From positions 14,384,001-14,448,000 of the forward strand of contig NC_087258.1 in assembly GCF_037042905.1 (NCBI RefSeq): 64,000 bases of DNA. Reading direction: 5' to 3'. Source of the DNA: Lytechinus pictus (lineage: Eukaryota). Numbering within the stretch: the first letter of the stretch is position 1; each line of letters starts with the position of its first letter. Of the stretch, positions 51,541 to 64,000 are shown piece by piece. The position numbers were made by a program, and so were the translations under genes. The notes beneath the pieces were generated by a model. It was given only the letters and a program-made list of their open reading frames with translations, was not told the origin of the DNA and ran no database searches.

Positions 51541-52113
51541 AAATGTTGATTTGAATCAATAGAGAAAAATCAGACAAGAATAATGTTGAAAATTTCATCA
51601 AAAAATCGGATGTAAAATAAGAAAGTTATGACATTTTGAAATTTCGCTTATTTTTCACAAAATAGTTATATGCACAATTTTCGTCACATGTAAATGAGAG
51701 AATGGATGATGTCCTTCACTCACTATTTCTTTTGTTTTTTATTGTTTGAATTAGACAATATTTCAATTTTTAAGGATTTGAAAATGAGAACCAACTTGAC
51801 TGAACCATAAAATGTTAAACAATGGTAATTCCACATGTTCAGGGAGAAATAAAACTTTGTTTCACAGGTCAATGAGGAGAAAATTAGAATATTTCATATA
51901 AGGAAATACAAAAGAAATAGTGAGTGAGTGATGTCATCAGTTCCCTCATTTCCATATCGAGCGTGATAACTGTTTTGTGAAATTAAGCGAAGCTTCAAAG
52001 TGTCATAAATTTCTTATTTTACATCCGATTTTGATGAAATTTTCAGTGCTATGCTTGCTGGATTTTTCTCTTTTTATTCAAATCGACTTTTAGTTGGAGT
52101 GACTTGTCCTTTA
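51541..52113. mobile_element. Kolobok-type MITE, left end eroded
   Basis: Inverted arms GAAAATTTCATCAAAAAATCGGATGTAAAATAAGAAA / TTTCTTATTTTACATCCGATTTTGATGAAATTTTC, ending CCTTTAA; related to 11644-12224. Confidence 0.75.
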
Positions 52114-53476
52114 ATGATCCATAATCATTGCTTTATCAGTATTACTCTAAGTATGATGACAATATTCAATTGATGAACACAAAGTTTCAAGAAAGCTCTC
52201 TATCTATTTTTAAATCTCGATCCCAAAATGTTTATTGGTATAGTTGCGTCTTGTCACGTCACGATTTGTCGAGCACCATTGAGATCTATACATCTTTTCA
52301 GTCATTTAACATCTGATAATTTCATATTCTGTTAATTTGATGTACAAAGAATATCCTTCCAAATTTTCTCTTGAATAATTAACAAAGATGAACTGTATTT
52401 CTGTCAAATTTTACAAGCGATGAACAGTCCGATGAATTTCTTTATTTGTTAGTAAGGGGTGGAGGGAATTCGCCTTCATATTCGGAAGACATTTTGAACA
52501 ATTATTTTTGACTGGGGATCACCAAACCCTTTACATTTACAAGTTCTATGTTAATTTGATCCCCTAAACTTACTCCATTTCGAGAATGAGCAAATAAAAA
52601 AAAAGGGGGGGGGGGTCAAATATAAGAAGAAAAAAGGATCGATATCCACTTCACTTTTGGTCGTGCCCTAATGACTGCGACCTTCACGAATCAGAAATAA
52701 GCCAGTTCGTTTTTCCACTCTGCGCATGATAATGAGATAAGCACCAACTTTGATGTCTTGATTATATTATTTTGAACTGTGTTCTTCATTTACATCCACA
52801 AAAAACCCAACTATGCGTCCACGAACGGCTGGTATTTCACAGTTTGCCAAGTACACTGTAAAACATGTTCTAATATATGCATTAAAAAAGTAGAAATGCA
52901 TCGAACACCTTTATAGTGTACATTGGTGTGTTATTCTAGTCACCTAGGCCATTCAATTTCTTCATCCTGCTATGTAAGGCATGCTTATGTAATGACCGAA
53001 ATGAAAGGTCATTTGACCAAAATTGTCCATGAAGTAACTACGAACTGGTCTATTACAATCAACCACCACAGTATCACCTTTCAGACAGATTCGTGAAGCT
53101 ATCACAGACGAAAACTTATCATGCCGCCCTTTCACACGGTAAAAAAAAAATCGTAATTTCAATGATGATTCCAGTGAAAAATAAGGCTAATGACAATATT
53201 TAGCACGTGTGAAACCAAACATTAGAATCACCATGGACTAGGGTCCATTATCACGAACGCTTATCACAGTCACAATTACAATAGCAATCATCATTACAAT
53301 GATGATTCATGATTCACGTGTGAAAAGGCCCATGAATAGGTGTAATCTGTGATTCCAGAGAAGATTAGAATTGATCCATAATCTATAATCGGCTTGGTGA
53401 TGCCATCAGAAATAATGAGATACGGCTCTACAGGGGAGGGTGGGGTGTGGGGGCGGGGAGGGGAGGCAATCACCAC

Positions 53477-53798
53477 AAAATCCAAGATCTTGCCATCTTA
53501 TCATCTCTTCTATAAGATGTAGACCTGACGAGATCCAAGATTTTGCCATTTGATCATCTCTTCCACAGGATGTAGAAATGACGAGTCTGATCATCTCTTC
53601 CACAGGATGTAGACATGACGAGATCCGAGATCTTGCCATCTGATCATCTCTTCTAAAAAAAAATGTAGACATGACGAGATTCAAGATCTTGTCATCTGAT
53701 CGTCTCTCACACGGGATGAAGACATGACGAGATCTAAGATCTCATCTTATCATTTTCTCTAAGAGATGTAGAAAGGACGAGATGATTATATGACCATC
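53477..53798. repeat. Minisatellite, ~52-bp unit, about 6 degenerate copies
   Basis: TGATCATCTCTTCCACAGGATGTAGACATGACGAGATCCAAGATCTTGCCATC-like units. Confidence 0.8.
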
Positions 53799-53933
53799 TG
53801 GGTGGCAAAATGACGTTGTACAGGATGACTAAAACATTTGTGTATGTGTCCTGAATCCCCCCCCCCCTGCTCGTACGCAATGATCTGAAAACAATATTTT
53901 TCTTGCCGCTCCCCCTTCTCTCGCTCTCCTCAG

Positions 53934-54070
53934 ACACGTCAGATGGATTTAGACCTGGACGGGATGTCCTAGATATCCACTCTAGCAGTTATGGCATCGC
54001 TTACGTTCAGTTCAACTTCGATCAAGAAAAGACTGTCCTAGTTTGGATACAAACTGAAGAGTGTGTCGGG
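53934..54070 (+). CDS. HGSNAT: HGSNAT-like exon 2
   Basis: Strong polypyrimidine-CAG acceptor, donor GTATGT, phase 1/0; TSDGFRPGRDVLDIHSSSYGIAYVQFNFDQEKTVLVWIQTEECVG resembles HGSNAT ..LTVYWKSECCYH. Confidence 0.8.
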
Positions 54071-54663
54071 GTATGTTTTTTTTCCCAACATGATATCATG
54101 TTTTGTTTTTGCTTTCTTTTATTTGTATATTTATTTATTCATTCATTCATTTTATTTTATTTCATTAGTTGCTTTCCCCCCCCCTTTTTTTTTTTTTTTG
54201 GGGGGGGGGGGTGGGGGTAATCATTTGCATTATTTATGTTTCCATTTGCTGGAAAGAGAGGTTTTGACATGGCAAGTAAAACATATTACGAAATAGTGAA
54301 ATGATTGAGTTGGCCTTTGACAGAAACACTTCGGCCTTCAGAAAAATCAAAATGTTATATAATACCTTAATGATTTTGTTTGCATATTTGTATCTAATGT
54401 TTTCTTTAGAAGTTGACGCTTGACTAAATTTCCTTCACTTTTAACCTACCCTAGACAAAGTATGCATTAAACGTAGCACTTTTGTTTGCGATAATACATG
54501 GAATTTATTTTGAATGTGCTGATCAAAATTGAGTGTCTATTATCTGCTTAAGCATTAAGAGGTCTGAAATTTCATGATATTTGCCCGCAATTTGTTTTGT
54601 TTTTGTTTATATTCAATGACTAAATCTCAAAGATAAGAGCTCAAATAACCATTTTAGCACAAA

Positions 54664-54792
54664 TAGTATAGTAGCAGCAGCAGCAGTTGTAGGAGTAGTA
54701 GTAGTCATAGTAGTCGTAGTAGTAGTAGTAAAAGTAGTAGTGTTAGTAGTAGTTGTAGTAGTAGTAGTCGTAAGTAGTAGTGAGTAGTAGTG

Positions 54793-54844
<52 letters not shown>

Positions 54845-55255
54845 AAGTAGNNNNNNNNNNNNNNNNNNNNNNNNNNNNNNNNNNNNNNNNNNNNNNNNNN
54901 NNNNNNNNNNNNNNNNNNNNNNNNNNNNNNNNNNNNNNNNNNNNNNNNNNNNNNNNNNNNNNNNNNNNNNNNNNNNNNNNNNNNNNNNNNNNNNNNNNNN
55001 NNNNNNNNNNNNNNNNNNNNNNNNNNNNNNNNNNNNNNNNNNNNNNNNNNNNNNNNNNNNNNNNNNNNNNNNNNNNNNNNNNNNNNNNNNNNNNNNNNNN
55101 NNNNNNNNNNNNNNNNNNNNNNNNNNNNNNNNNNNNNNNNNNNNNNNNNNNNNNNNNNNNNNNNNNNNNNNNNNNNNNNNNNNNNNNNNNNNNNNNNNNN
55201 NNNNNNNNNNNNNNNNNNNNNNNNNNNNNNNNNNNNNNNNNNNGGCGTCGTCGTA

Positions 55256-55292
<37 letters not shown>

Positions 55293-55310
55293 CAGTAGTA
55301 GTAGTAGTAG
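54664..55310. repeat. (TAG)n microsatellite, partly N
   Basis: AGT triplet runs flank N run 54851-55243. Confidence 0.9.
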
Positions 55311-55371
55311 GCCGAGTATAGTAATTGCATATGACGAAGCTCTTCAATTCATTTTTTGTTTTTCATTTAAG

Positions 55372-55514
55372 TGCAAGTTACTACCTATTGCCTATTTATC
55401 GAGGAAAACGGAGAAAGAAAAAACAGTTGCTTTGATCGACACATCATGGGCGACTAGTATCAAAGTAACTACAGCCACTGCGACTTATCCATCGATAAAT
55501 AACACGTATTGCGA
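55372..55514 (+). CDS. HGSNAT: HGSNAT-like exon 3
   Basis: Acceptor TTTTTCATTTAAG, donor GTAAGT, phase 0/2; CKLLPIAYLSRKTEKEKTVALIDTSWATSIKVTTATATYPSINNTYC. Confidence 0.8.
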
Positions 55515-56571
55515 GTAAGTGTGTTCATATTACAGTGCAAAGACATTTATATTTAAAAAAATAGGCATTCATTAATGATTATACAGTGCGTATCAATAAA
55601 AAGTATAAGGTCCTGGCAAATAAAAAAAATTACAATAAGGAATAATTTGTTTTAAATATATTCCTGGGCTTCGTTTTCTTCTATCAGATGCCAACATGAA
55701 TATTGGCCGAATATTACGCTTGAGTGAGCACTGCCTATTTTGCTAAAGCTCGCAGAAACTGGTGTGCGTAAACAAGCTGCACGCTGTGACAAAGAATAAG
55801 AGAATAAAACGAATCGTCCAACATTGTTCCATAATCTATTTGCATGTTTTGATCCATGAAAATTCAAATTATACATTGCAACTTCTTTGAACAGTTTGAC
55901 CCGAGGTAAAGATAACGTTAGCTTGTTCTGTTGTTAGTGACAGTTAGATCTGTGGGGACATGAATTGAAACAAAATATTAGAGTAAATGAACATTCATTT
56001 CACATTTCTCGAGCTTTTTTTTCTCGACGTTTTGTCATTTGATAAGGTGTTTATATTTCATACTAATTTTCCACACATTCTCAAGCATGAAAATTACAAT
56101 AAAAAGGGAAACAAAGAAGTAACAAAAACAAAAAAAATCAAGCCTATTTCATGCGGTTCACAACTTCATGTATAACGCAGTATGTCACAATGGTCTACAC
56201 GTTTGCAGGGTTTGTTGATCGATCGTGTTGGGCAAGGAAAATGGTTAAAAATGGGGGGGGGGGGGGTAACTGCAAATCAATCACCTTAGCTAAAGTGCAT
56301 GTGATATTCGTGATTTTAAACATATCATTTTATAGGATTTTTCACAATTTAAACTTATTTTACATAAGTAATCTATAATTTTACATAATTTCGTGTATAT
56401 TTCTTATGATATATCTAACCCATAAATAAAAGCATCTAAAAAATAAGAATTTTGCTTATTCATAACTCCGATCGTTTTGGACAGATTTTTTTTCCTTTTC
56501 TGCCTTTATTATATATGACCAACCATTCGTCGGGGGAACTTCTCCCTTTAATTTGTTTCATTCTTGTACAG

Positions 56572-56690
56572 GTTGAGGCATCATTTTGGACTCATTGGAG
56601 AATATAATTTGACCATACCAGCCACCATACACAACACGACTGCAGAATGCACTTTAGTAATATTGAAGAAACCATTTTATGAAAATACAG
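56572..56690 (+). CDS. HGSNAT: HGSNAT-like exon 4
   Basis: Acceptor TTCTTGTACAG, donor GTAAAT, phase 2/1; LRHHFGLIGEYNLTIPATIHNTTAECTLVILKKPFYENT resembles HGSNAT LEYRFGEFGNYSLLV..ACDLAVNEDP. Confidence 0.82.
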
Positions 56691-56727
56691 GTAAATGATA
56701 TGAAAAAAAAAATAACATCATGCCATC

Positions 56728-56872
56728 TACGAAACTCTCTCTTTTTCGATCCCTAAAATCTTGAAATACCACCCTTCCGAGTGTTTTCCAAACTTAAGTT
56801 TGCAAAATTTTGAAGACGTTCGGAAGGGTGATCTTTCAAGATTTTAGGGATCGAAAAAGAGAGGTTTTGGTA
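56728..56872. repeat. Short hairpin-forming inverted repeat (small MITE)
   Basis: ~50-bp arms CTCTTTTTCGATCCCTAAAATCTTGAAA..ACCCTTCCGA and its reverse complement around a ~37-nt spacer. Confidence 0.8.
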
Positions 56873-57980
56873 TATCTAAATTGATGTGAAAAGAATACGG
56901 TAATGGTTTAGAGATGACATCCTGTATACATTAGCATTATTTTATTTATTTAACCGTGATCATTAGTGATGTGAATATAAATATTACAATAACTGTCAGA
57001 CTTGAAAAATCATCACCCTGCCTATATAGAAAAAAAAACCTTTCTTAAAAACAAGTACAAAGACAAAGAGATACCAAAATGTACTAAATTTTATGAATGA
57101 TACCCACTGCACCACCAAAATTTTTTATTTTTCTAGCAATATGAAGAGATAAATCATTATCAATTGCATACTTCTCGACTAGGGCCCCGGTACCACGATT
57201 TCTTTATTAGGGGTACTGATTTAAAATTGACATCCCCCCCAAAAAAAAAAAAATAATAATAAATAAATAAATGAATAAATAAATACATAAATACATCAAT
57301 AGATAATAAATAAATAAGTTTCACTGAAAATGAAGGTTAATTTGGAAAAATTAGACTAGTAAAAAACGATAAAAACAAAATAACGAAAAATTGGTTTCAC
57401 TACAAAATAAAGGTCATTTCTATTGAATTTCTCCATTTTTAAACACCTACCAGAATTCTAGGGGGTGCTGCCCATGCAATATACTACACGCAGCAGCCCC
57501 CAGGATTTTTTTTTTTTAAATAAGATGAAATATTTTAAGACACCATATCTGTCTGTTAACTTCATCGGGCAATTTGATGAAATTTCAGCGCCATACTTAT
57601 TATATCTATTTTATATTTCATTCAGATCACCTTTATGTCGTGGTTAACTTTGACATTAGGGCAGTTTTGCAATCACTACGCACATGCTTTCTGGAACGTA
57701 GAGAATCTATTGTCAAAAGCCATTCATGACAAAGAAGCCAATGTCGAAAATCAGTGAACCAGAACAGCAGTGTCATATTTGCAATTTTTCGTCAGCTCCG
57801 AATCTTAAGAAGGTCTGCTGTCCTTGTTCAACAATTTTCGATAATGACGTTTAATCTGTCCATGTGATTTGACGGGCATTTTCAATAGATTCTCAATGCT
57901 CCAGAAAGCGTCCGCGGAGTGTCTGCGAAAACACGCTAATAAATAAAGACGCACATATTTTGTCGTTGCAAAATTGTATG

Positions 57981-59199
57981 GTTACACTTCGTAATTCCGA
58001 AACACGTAAATTGCCTGTAGGCCTAAACCTCGATGTTCGTTGATCCGAAAACGAAAAAGGGTTCATTAATCCGAACATTTGTGGCGTTATTCCGAAGGAT
58101 AGGGTTCGCTATTCCGAAGGTTCGTTAGTCCGAAAACGAAATAAGGTTCGTTATTCCGAAAGATCGTTAATCCAAAAATGAAATAAGGTTCTTTATTCCG
58201 AAGGTTCGTTGGTCCGTAAATGAAATAAGGTTCTCTATTCCGATAAATAAATTAAAATCTGACGAAGCCGGGAAAACAGAAAGGGCAAGCGTGTTGGAGG
58301 GGGAGGGGGCGGTAACACCGTTGCTGTTTAATTTTTATGAAGATGGGAAGGCAGGGACGGCGGAACGTATTTTAGTTTTGTGGGGAGGGGGGGGGGGGGG
58401 CAAATTAAAAAAAGAGCACTTGTATATCGAAATGGGCATTTTGGTGCAAACGGATATTTTCACCATGAAATCATATGCTTGAAGTCGCGTGGTTTGTAGT
58501 AATGAAGTTGAGCAAAGCCTTTTTAAGTGATTTCTGATTGTGCAAAAAATATACCTGAAGTTGTAAAATCACATTTTGGTTAGGTATGGCGTCTAATTAC
58601 TGTTAAAATGGCATCCTATCGAGATGTTGCGAGCGCGAATCACAAGCTCAAACTTTTGCACATGTCAGTACGAAATGAAAATTAATTATTCCGAGCAGCT
58701 CTGTTATCATAAAAAGATTTGGGGTGGGGATTGTTTGGACCAGAATAGGAGCGATTAAAACCTCAAAAAGGGACATCGATCCCCCTTTTTTCCTGGGGCG
58801 GTGCATATTATAAGGTCTTTGGGCAAAACATCCACCAGCTTTGCTCATCTTAATAACTACAAAACACACCACGACTCCACGGAGATGATATTCTCATTGT
58901 AAAAATATCCGTTTACACCAAAATGCACATTTTGATATATAAGTGCCCCTTTTGGCTTCGCCCCCAAACAAAAATACGTTCCACCGCCCCTGCCTTCCCA
59001 TCCTTATGAACAGCAACGGTGTTTCTACCACCCTACCCACCACGCTTGCCCTTCCTGTTTTCCCGGCTTCGCCACAGATGAACGAACCTTATATCGTTTT
59101 CGGACTAACGAACCTTTGGAACTACGAGCATTCGGAATAACGAACCTTCGAAATATTCGAACCATCGAAAAAAACGAACCTTTGGAAGAACGAACGTAA
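57981..59199. mobile_element. Foldback-like modular element
   Basis: Outer arms of tandem GGTTCGTTATTCCGAA units, mirrored as TTCGGAATAACGAACC; inner non-repetitive inverted arms 58257-58372 and 58972-59077. The right terminus is split by the next element. Confidence 0.7.
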
Positions 59200-61659
59200 T
59201 AGTCGGGTTCACTGTGTTAATATTTGGGCTTTCGCCGGATTTTTTTTTTGAGAAATTGAAAACTATACATTTTTGGAAAGGTTATTTTATGAGGATTCAG
59301 AATAACAGTGTTTTCATTTGCAACGTGACCTATATGGCCGCCATCTTGGATTTTTCATAATGGCCGCCAAAAGCAGGGTTTACGACAATATCTCAACTTC
59401 CAAGTAACCTAAAATCGCGATTTTGACACCTAAACCACCATTCTGAGGTCAAGGAATCTATTATTATAAAAATAATCAACTTTATTCAAGAAATAAAATC
59501 ATTTTCATTATATTTTCTGTCTTTTTTTTACGTATTTCCAGACTCGAACTCATATTAAAGTCAAAATTAAGTATTCCAAATTAAGGAACCTGAACATATA
59601 CCTTTTAATAAGGAAGACGTTAAACCAATGTGTCATACATGCTCTTTCTAATCATTTATCATGTGTTTCAAGTTACGTGATCAAGGTCAAAGGTCACATA
59701 GGGTCACTGAACTTTGACCATGTTTGGGTAAATCTTAACCAAGGTTACTTTTTTGAAAGGTCATAATAACCTAGAGAGGATATGGGTAATAAAGTATCAT
59801 AGATCATCTTGCATGAATTTCAAGTCACACGATCAAGGTCAAGGGTCATTAGGGGTGAATGTACTTTGACCATGTTGTGATTTCTCTACCCAAAAACTGA
59901 AGCATTGCTAAGAATTTGATATTTCAAGCTAGGCCTAATTTTTGCAAGTCCCTAATCTATAAAACTTCCATATAATGTATCAAGTATCAGCAAATGGATA
60001 AATGACTTTTAGTTCTCCATGTGAAGGTCAGTGGTCAATAGGGGGTCAAAATTGAAGAAATTAAAAATAGATTACATTAGATTGTAGATTTTCAGCAAGT
60101 TTGAAATTATCAATGAGTATTGAGTTAAAGATGTATATAATGATTAACAGGTATCTGGAATTCAATTACTATGATTTCAGGTTACTGGGTCAAGGTCAAG
60201 GGTCATTTCAGATCTGTTAATTTGGATAAGAATGTATATTTTGGTCATAATGTTTAAATACTTCATCACAGTAAATGAAACTATTATAAGATCTGTTTTG
60301 GATCACAAATGGTATCAAGTGAAAGTAATTTTGTTCATTCAAGGTGAAAGGTCACTTGAGGTCAATGAACTTTGGATGTAAGATGAAGTTCCTTTTCTCT
60401 TTTTGAAAAATCATTAATCTTACATTGATGGTATTTGTTTTTAAGTCAGCACTGGTGCTATATTTAATTATTTAGTGCAGGTGATGTTGCCAGAAGCGTT
60501 CCCCTTTGTTTAAGTTGAAAACAATATTCCCCAAATAACCTTTGACCTCCTGCTGACCTGAAATTTCATTCATCAATTTACTTGATAATTTTTTTTCATT
60601 AAATATGTCCTTCCACTTTCAGAGTTATGTTGACACTTTAAAACCTCACATTGGTTAAGACTTCAATGTTGATACCACGAACAACTTCATTAACCCTAAA
60701 TGGTCTTTGGCCTTGATCAGGTGACAGCCTGAAACTCATGGAAGTAGATTAACCAAGGATTAGTTTTTGAAATTGCATTACAACTCTGAGAGTACAAGGA
60801 CATATTTCATGAATATTACATATAACAGTTATCAAGTAAATATGTTACCAAATCGACTGGCTTGTCTGGTCACTTAGAGAAGATCAATGGTCATTTGGTG
60901 TCAATAAATTGTTGTCAACTTAAACTAAGTTAAATTCTGACAGGTCGCCCGCACTACACAATCCAGTAAACATGTAGCAGCAGCAGCATTGACTTTGAAA
61001 AGAACCTTTGACCTTGATCATGTGACCTCAAACTGATGCAACATGATCATTGATACTGTCTGTATCACCCTTATTTCTCTCAAGGTTATGGTGACCTTTC
61101 AAACACTTAACATTAATTGGTTAAGATTTCAAGTTGATACCCAAATATAGTCAAAGTTGATTGACCCTAAGTGACCTTTAACCTTTCTCATGTGACCTGA
61201 AACACATGATAAATTATTATAAAAAGCATGTTTGACACATTTGTTTAACATTTCCCTTAGTAAAAGGTATGTTGAGGTCGCTTAATTTGCAATATTTGAT
61301 TTGGACTTTAATGTGTGTTTGAGTCTAGAAATACTGATAAGAAAAGACAAAAAATATCATAAATATGATTTTCTTTCTTGATAAAAGTTGATTATTTGGA
61401 TACCAACAAATTCATTGACCCCATAAATGGTGGTTTAGGTGCCAGAGTCATGATTCTAGGTTACTTAGAAGCCGATATATTGTCGAAAACCCCGTTTTGG
61501 GCGGCCATTTTGTAAAAAAATCCAAAATGGCGGCCATATATGTATCGGTGCAAATGAAAACATTTTCATTCTGATTCCTTATACAATAACCTTTCCAAAA
61601 ATGTATAATTTTCAATTTCTCCAAAAAAATCCAGCGAAATTACATAGTGAGACTAACTA
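59200..61659. mobile_element. 2.46-kb non-autonomous DNA transposon with ~250-bp diverged TIRs
   Basis: Termini TAGT..ACTA with TAA on both flanks; arms share ATGGCCGCCATCTTGGATTT and ACCTAAACCACCA with their reverse complements; interior rich in AGGTCA/TGACCT. Confidence 0.8.
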
Positions 61660-61697
61660 TAACCCGTTTTGATAATTATGTTTTCTATTTAATACAG

Positions 61698-61755
61698 CTG
61701 TACTCCTTGGTTATACAGTGGGCGCCGTTTGGATCTTAGGGGCTTTAATATGGTA
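61698..61755 (+). CDS. HGSNAT: HGSNAT-like exon 5 (first TM helix); gene continues beyond
   Basis: Acceptor TTTAATACAG, donor GTAAGT, phase 1/2; AVLLGYTVGAVWILGALIW is hydrophobic. Confidence 0.7.
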
Positions 61756-61930
61756 GTAAGTACTTATCATGCTTCATTTTCTAGTCTCGATGAAACAGAT
61801 ATTTTCATACACCAAACAGGACTTGTCAAAGAACAAGGAAAAGAATTTAATTTGCCAATGTCTAACCCTATCTCGCCTCCTTGCATGCAATATGTACCAT
61901 CACATTATCCTGACTATAACACCCTGCTGA

Positions 61931-62360
61931 TACGGAGCATTTAAAGACTTGACGACTTGGCGAGATACTTTATCTTGCCATGTTGACATAATAACCTTAT
62001 TATGTCAGCATGGCGAGATATTTGGACTCTCGCCGGGCCTTGGACACTTCATATCTCGCCATATTGACATATAATGTTTTGTAAATCAACTTGGCAAGAT
62101 AACGTATCTCGCCATGTCGACATATAACTTTTATAAGTCGACTTGGCGAGATAACGTATATCACCATGTCGATAAATAAATTTCTATAAGTCGACTTGGC
62201 GAGATAACGTATCTCGCCATGTCGACATTAAAATTTCTATAAGTCAACTTGGCGAGATAATGTATCTCGCCATGTCGACATAATAAGGTTATTATGTCGA
62301 CATGGCAAGATAAAGTATCTCGCCAAGTCGTCAAGTCGATGGCACTTTAAAGGCTCTGTA
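61931..62360. mobile_element. Palindromic MITE, IS3EU-like termini
   Basis: TACGGAGC..GCTCTGTA ends, 6-bp TSD TGCTGA, interior of ~47-bp self-complementary units GTCGACTTGGCGAGATAACGTATCTCGCCATGTCGAC. Confidence 0.8.
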
Positions 62361-64000
62361 TGCTGATGATCGAGATCCACGAGATAAAGTTAATTGTACA
62401 CCAAAATTACACTTCCTACACTGTAGGAATACAAAAGCATCCCAATCATTGACATATCAATCCAATGGTAGCCATTGTGCCATTTTCATGCCAACTTGAA
62501 CATAATAAAAAGAATCGTGAAAAAGAGACATGTACAATTAAAAAAAGATACTTACAAAATTGATAAATTTCAGTTTTTTATCGAAATTTTGCGCTTTTGT
62601 TTAGAGCTCAGTCATTATGAAAGATGTATTATGAATGTATTTGGTAAATAATCTATAATCTTTCATATCAATATTTTCGTTAATTTTCTTTCGTGTTGAA
62701 TGCTGATATTTTGCATTAGATGCTGATGTTTACATGCATTTTTTTTTCAAAAAAAAAAACATTATGGCACAAATTCTAGTTTTTTACAAAAACAATCACC
62801 CTGAATGTCCAAAACACAATTGCAATCCATTTCTAATATCAAAATCATAGTGAAAACGAATTTATTTGTAATTTTCCAATTTTCTGTGTAAAATGCAAGA
62901 TAATTGATTTCCATTAAAATCCAAGATGACAGCCAAAATTACAAATCTTTACCCCCATGGAACATGATGTGGCATGATGAACACCGTGACCAAGATTCAC
63001 TAACTATACCCTTCTCAGTCAATACGAAAAGGTTGGTTTAAAAAAATCTTCGTTGGTACTGGGGTACCCATTTTCGACTCAAGTACATCATGGACTGGGC
63101 TGAAAATTTCAGGATATAATCTTTGTAGCAACTTGATCTCCATTCCGATATACGTTTTAAAGATTTATATACCCCCAAAAGAGCCCAATATCGCCGATAG
63201 AGGGCTCTAGATATATTATGAATAATATTTAAATTTTTACAGAGAATAGACGGTTGAAAAAATACCAAACGGCTACTTTACACGTTTAAGATGTTTAATT
63301 TGAATTATTGCCCCTTGCCAAAGCTAACGAAGGCGTTATATATTGGGTGATTTTTTTTTCTTTTCTTTTTACAACAGTTATTGTATAAAAAGGCATTGTC
63401 TTGGGAAGAAGTCAACTCAATGCAATGGGAATGGGCATGTGGTAAGTAACATTAAAAGTATAAGGGTTGACAGTTGTCATAACAAAATGCCATTTCCGTT
63501 CTCCTTTGCAGCGCATTATTGCTCTAGTTATTGTAAGGTGTACATGATTATGAAGTAGATTAAAATTATGAAGTATGATTAAATGAGAATGGAAAAGTTA
63601 GCTCACATTGATGAACAAAATATTATAAAATTGAAAACAATATTGGACAAGCAATTAGAATGTAATGAGCATTTGAATTTGGAGATCAACAATGGTATGG
63701 AGAATTGTCAACATGGGAAATGAGACCAATAATCATGATAATATTGACGCCATTCATAATTTAAAAATTTTACGACTTAGCCTAGAGCTGGGTCTAGACC
63801 AGCGAGCTACTGAAAGTGGAATTAGATCATTCGTTTTACCGATTTCAAAACGGAAAAAGCAAAAACGAAATATTGAATGAAAACCTGATCTAGAATAATG
63901 AATTATAAAAGAAAATACGAGAAGATGTCTTGTTTACTATGCATCAAAGAGGTATGTTGTCTTTTATGGAATAAAGAGTTGACACTTTGAAAGGAGAACT

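Noticed and set aside
54613-55347. Long poly-T/Y/S/V ORFs, and X-containing ORFs at 17.8 and 21.5 kb
   Set aside because: Translations of microsatellites and N runs.
59650-61200. Dense AGGTCA nuclear-receptor half sites as a UGT enhancer
   Set aside because: They are internal repeats of a transposon in an HGSNAT-like intron, more than 13 kb from the nearest UGT start.
61945-62340. CRISPR-like palindromic repeat array
   Set aside because: No unique spacers, no cas genes, eukaryotic context; bounded by TIRs and a 6-bp TSD.

Overview
AT-rich, repeat-dense eukaryotic DNA; the SINE/MITE content suggests a marine invertebrate deuterostome such as a sea urchin (inference only). The main feature is a minus-strand UDP-glycosyltransferase (UGT) locus built like the vertebrate UGT1A locus. 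Ten tandem, about 99% identical copies of an 852-nt coding exon 1 (signal peptide plus aglycone-binding half, ~2.57-kb period, 22.1-46.7 kb; nine intact, one with a nonsense codon) lie upstream of a single set of shared exons 2-4 (21397-21453, 20101-20263, 18255-18474). Two intact copies of the last exon follow (16795-17068 and 9654-9927). Each spliced product is 521 aa. Exon-1 copies differ almost only by amino-acid-changing substitutions. Every unit junction carries a Tx1-type retrotransposon 3' end abutting a (CTT)n tract, which suggests how the array began. A divergently transcribed HGSNAT-like gene (exons 1-5) starts at 50712 on the + strand. The window also holds an apparently intact L1/Tx1 ORF2 (1-3520, minus), tRNA-derived SINEs and many nested non-autonomous DNA transposons. 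All splice models were read by eye, without expression data.
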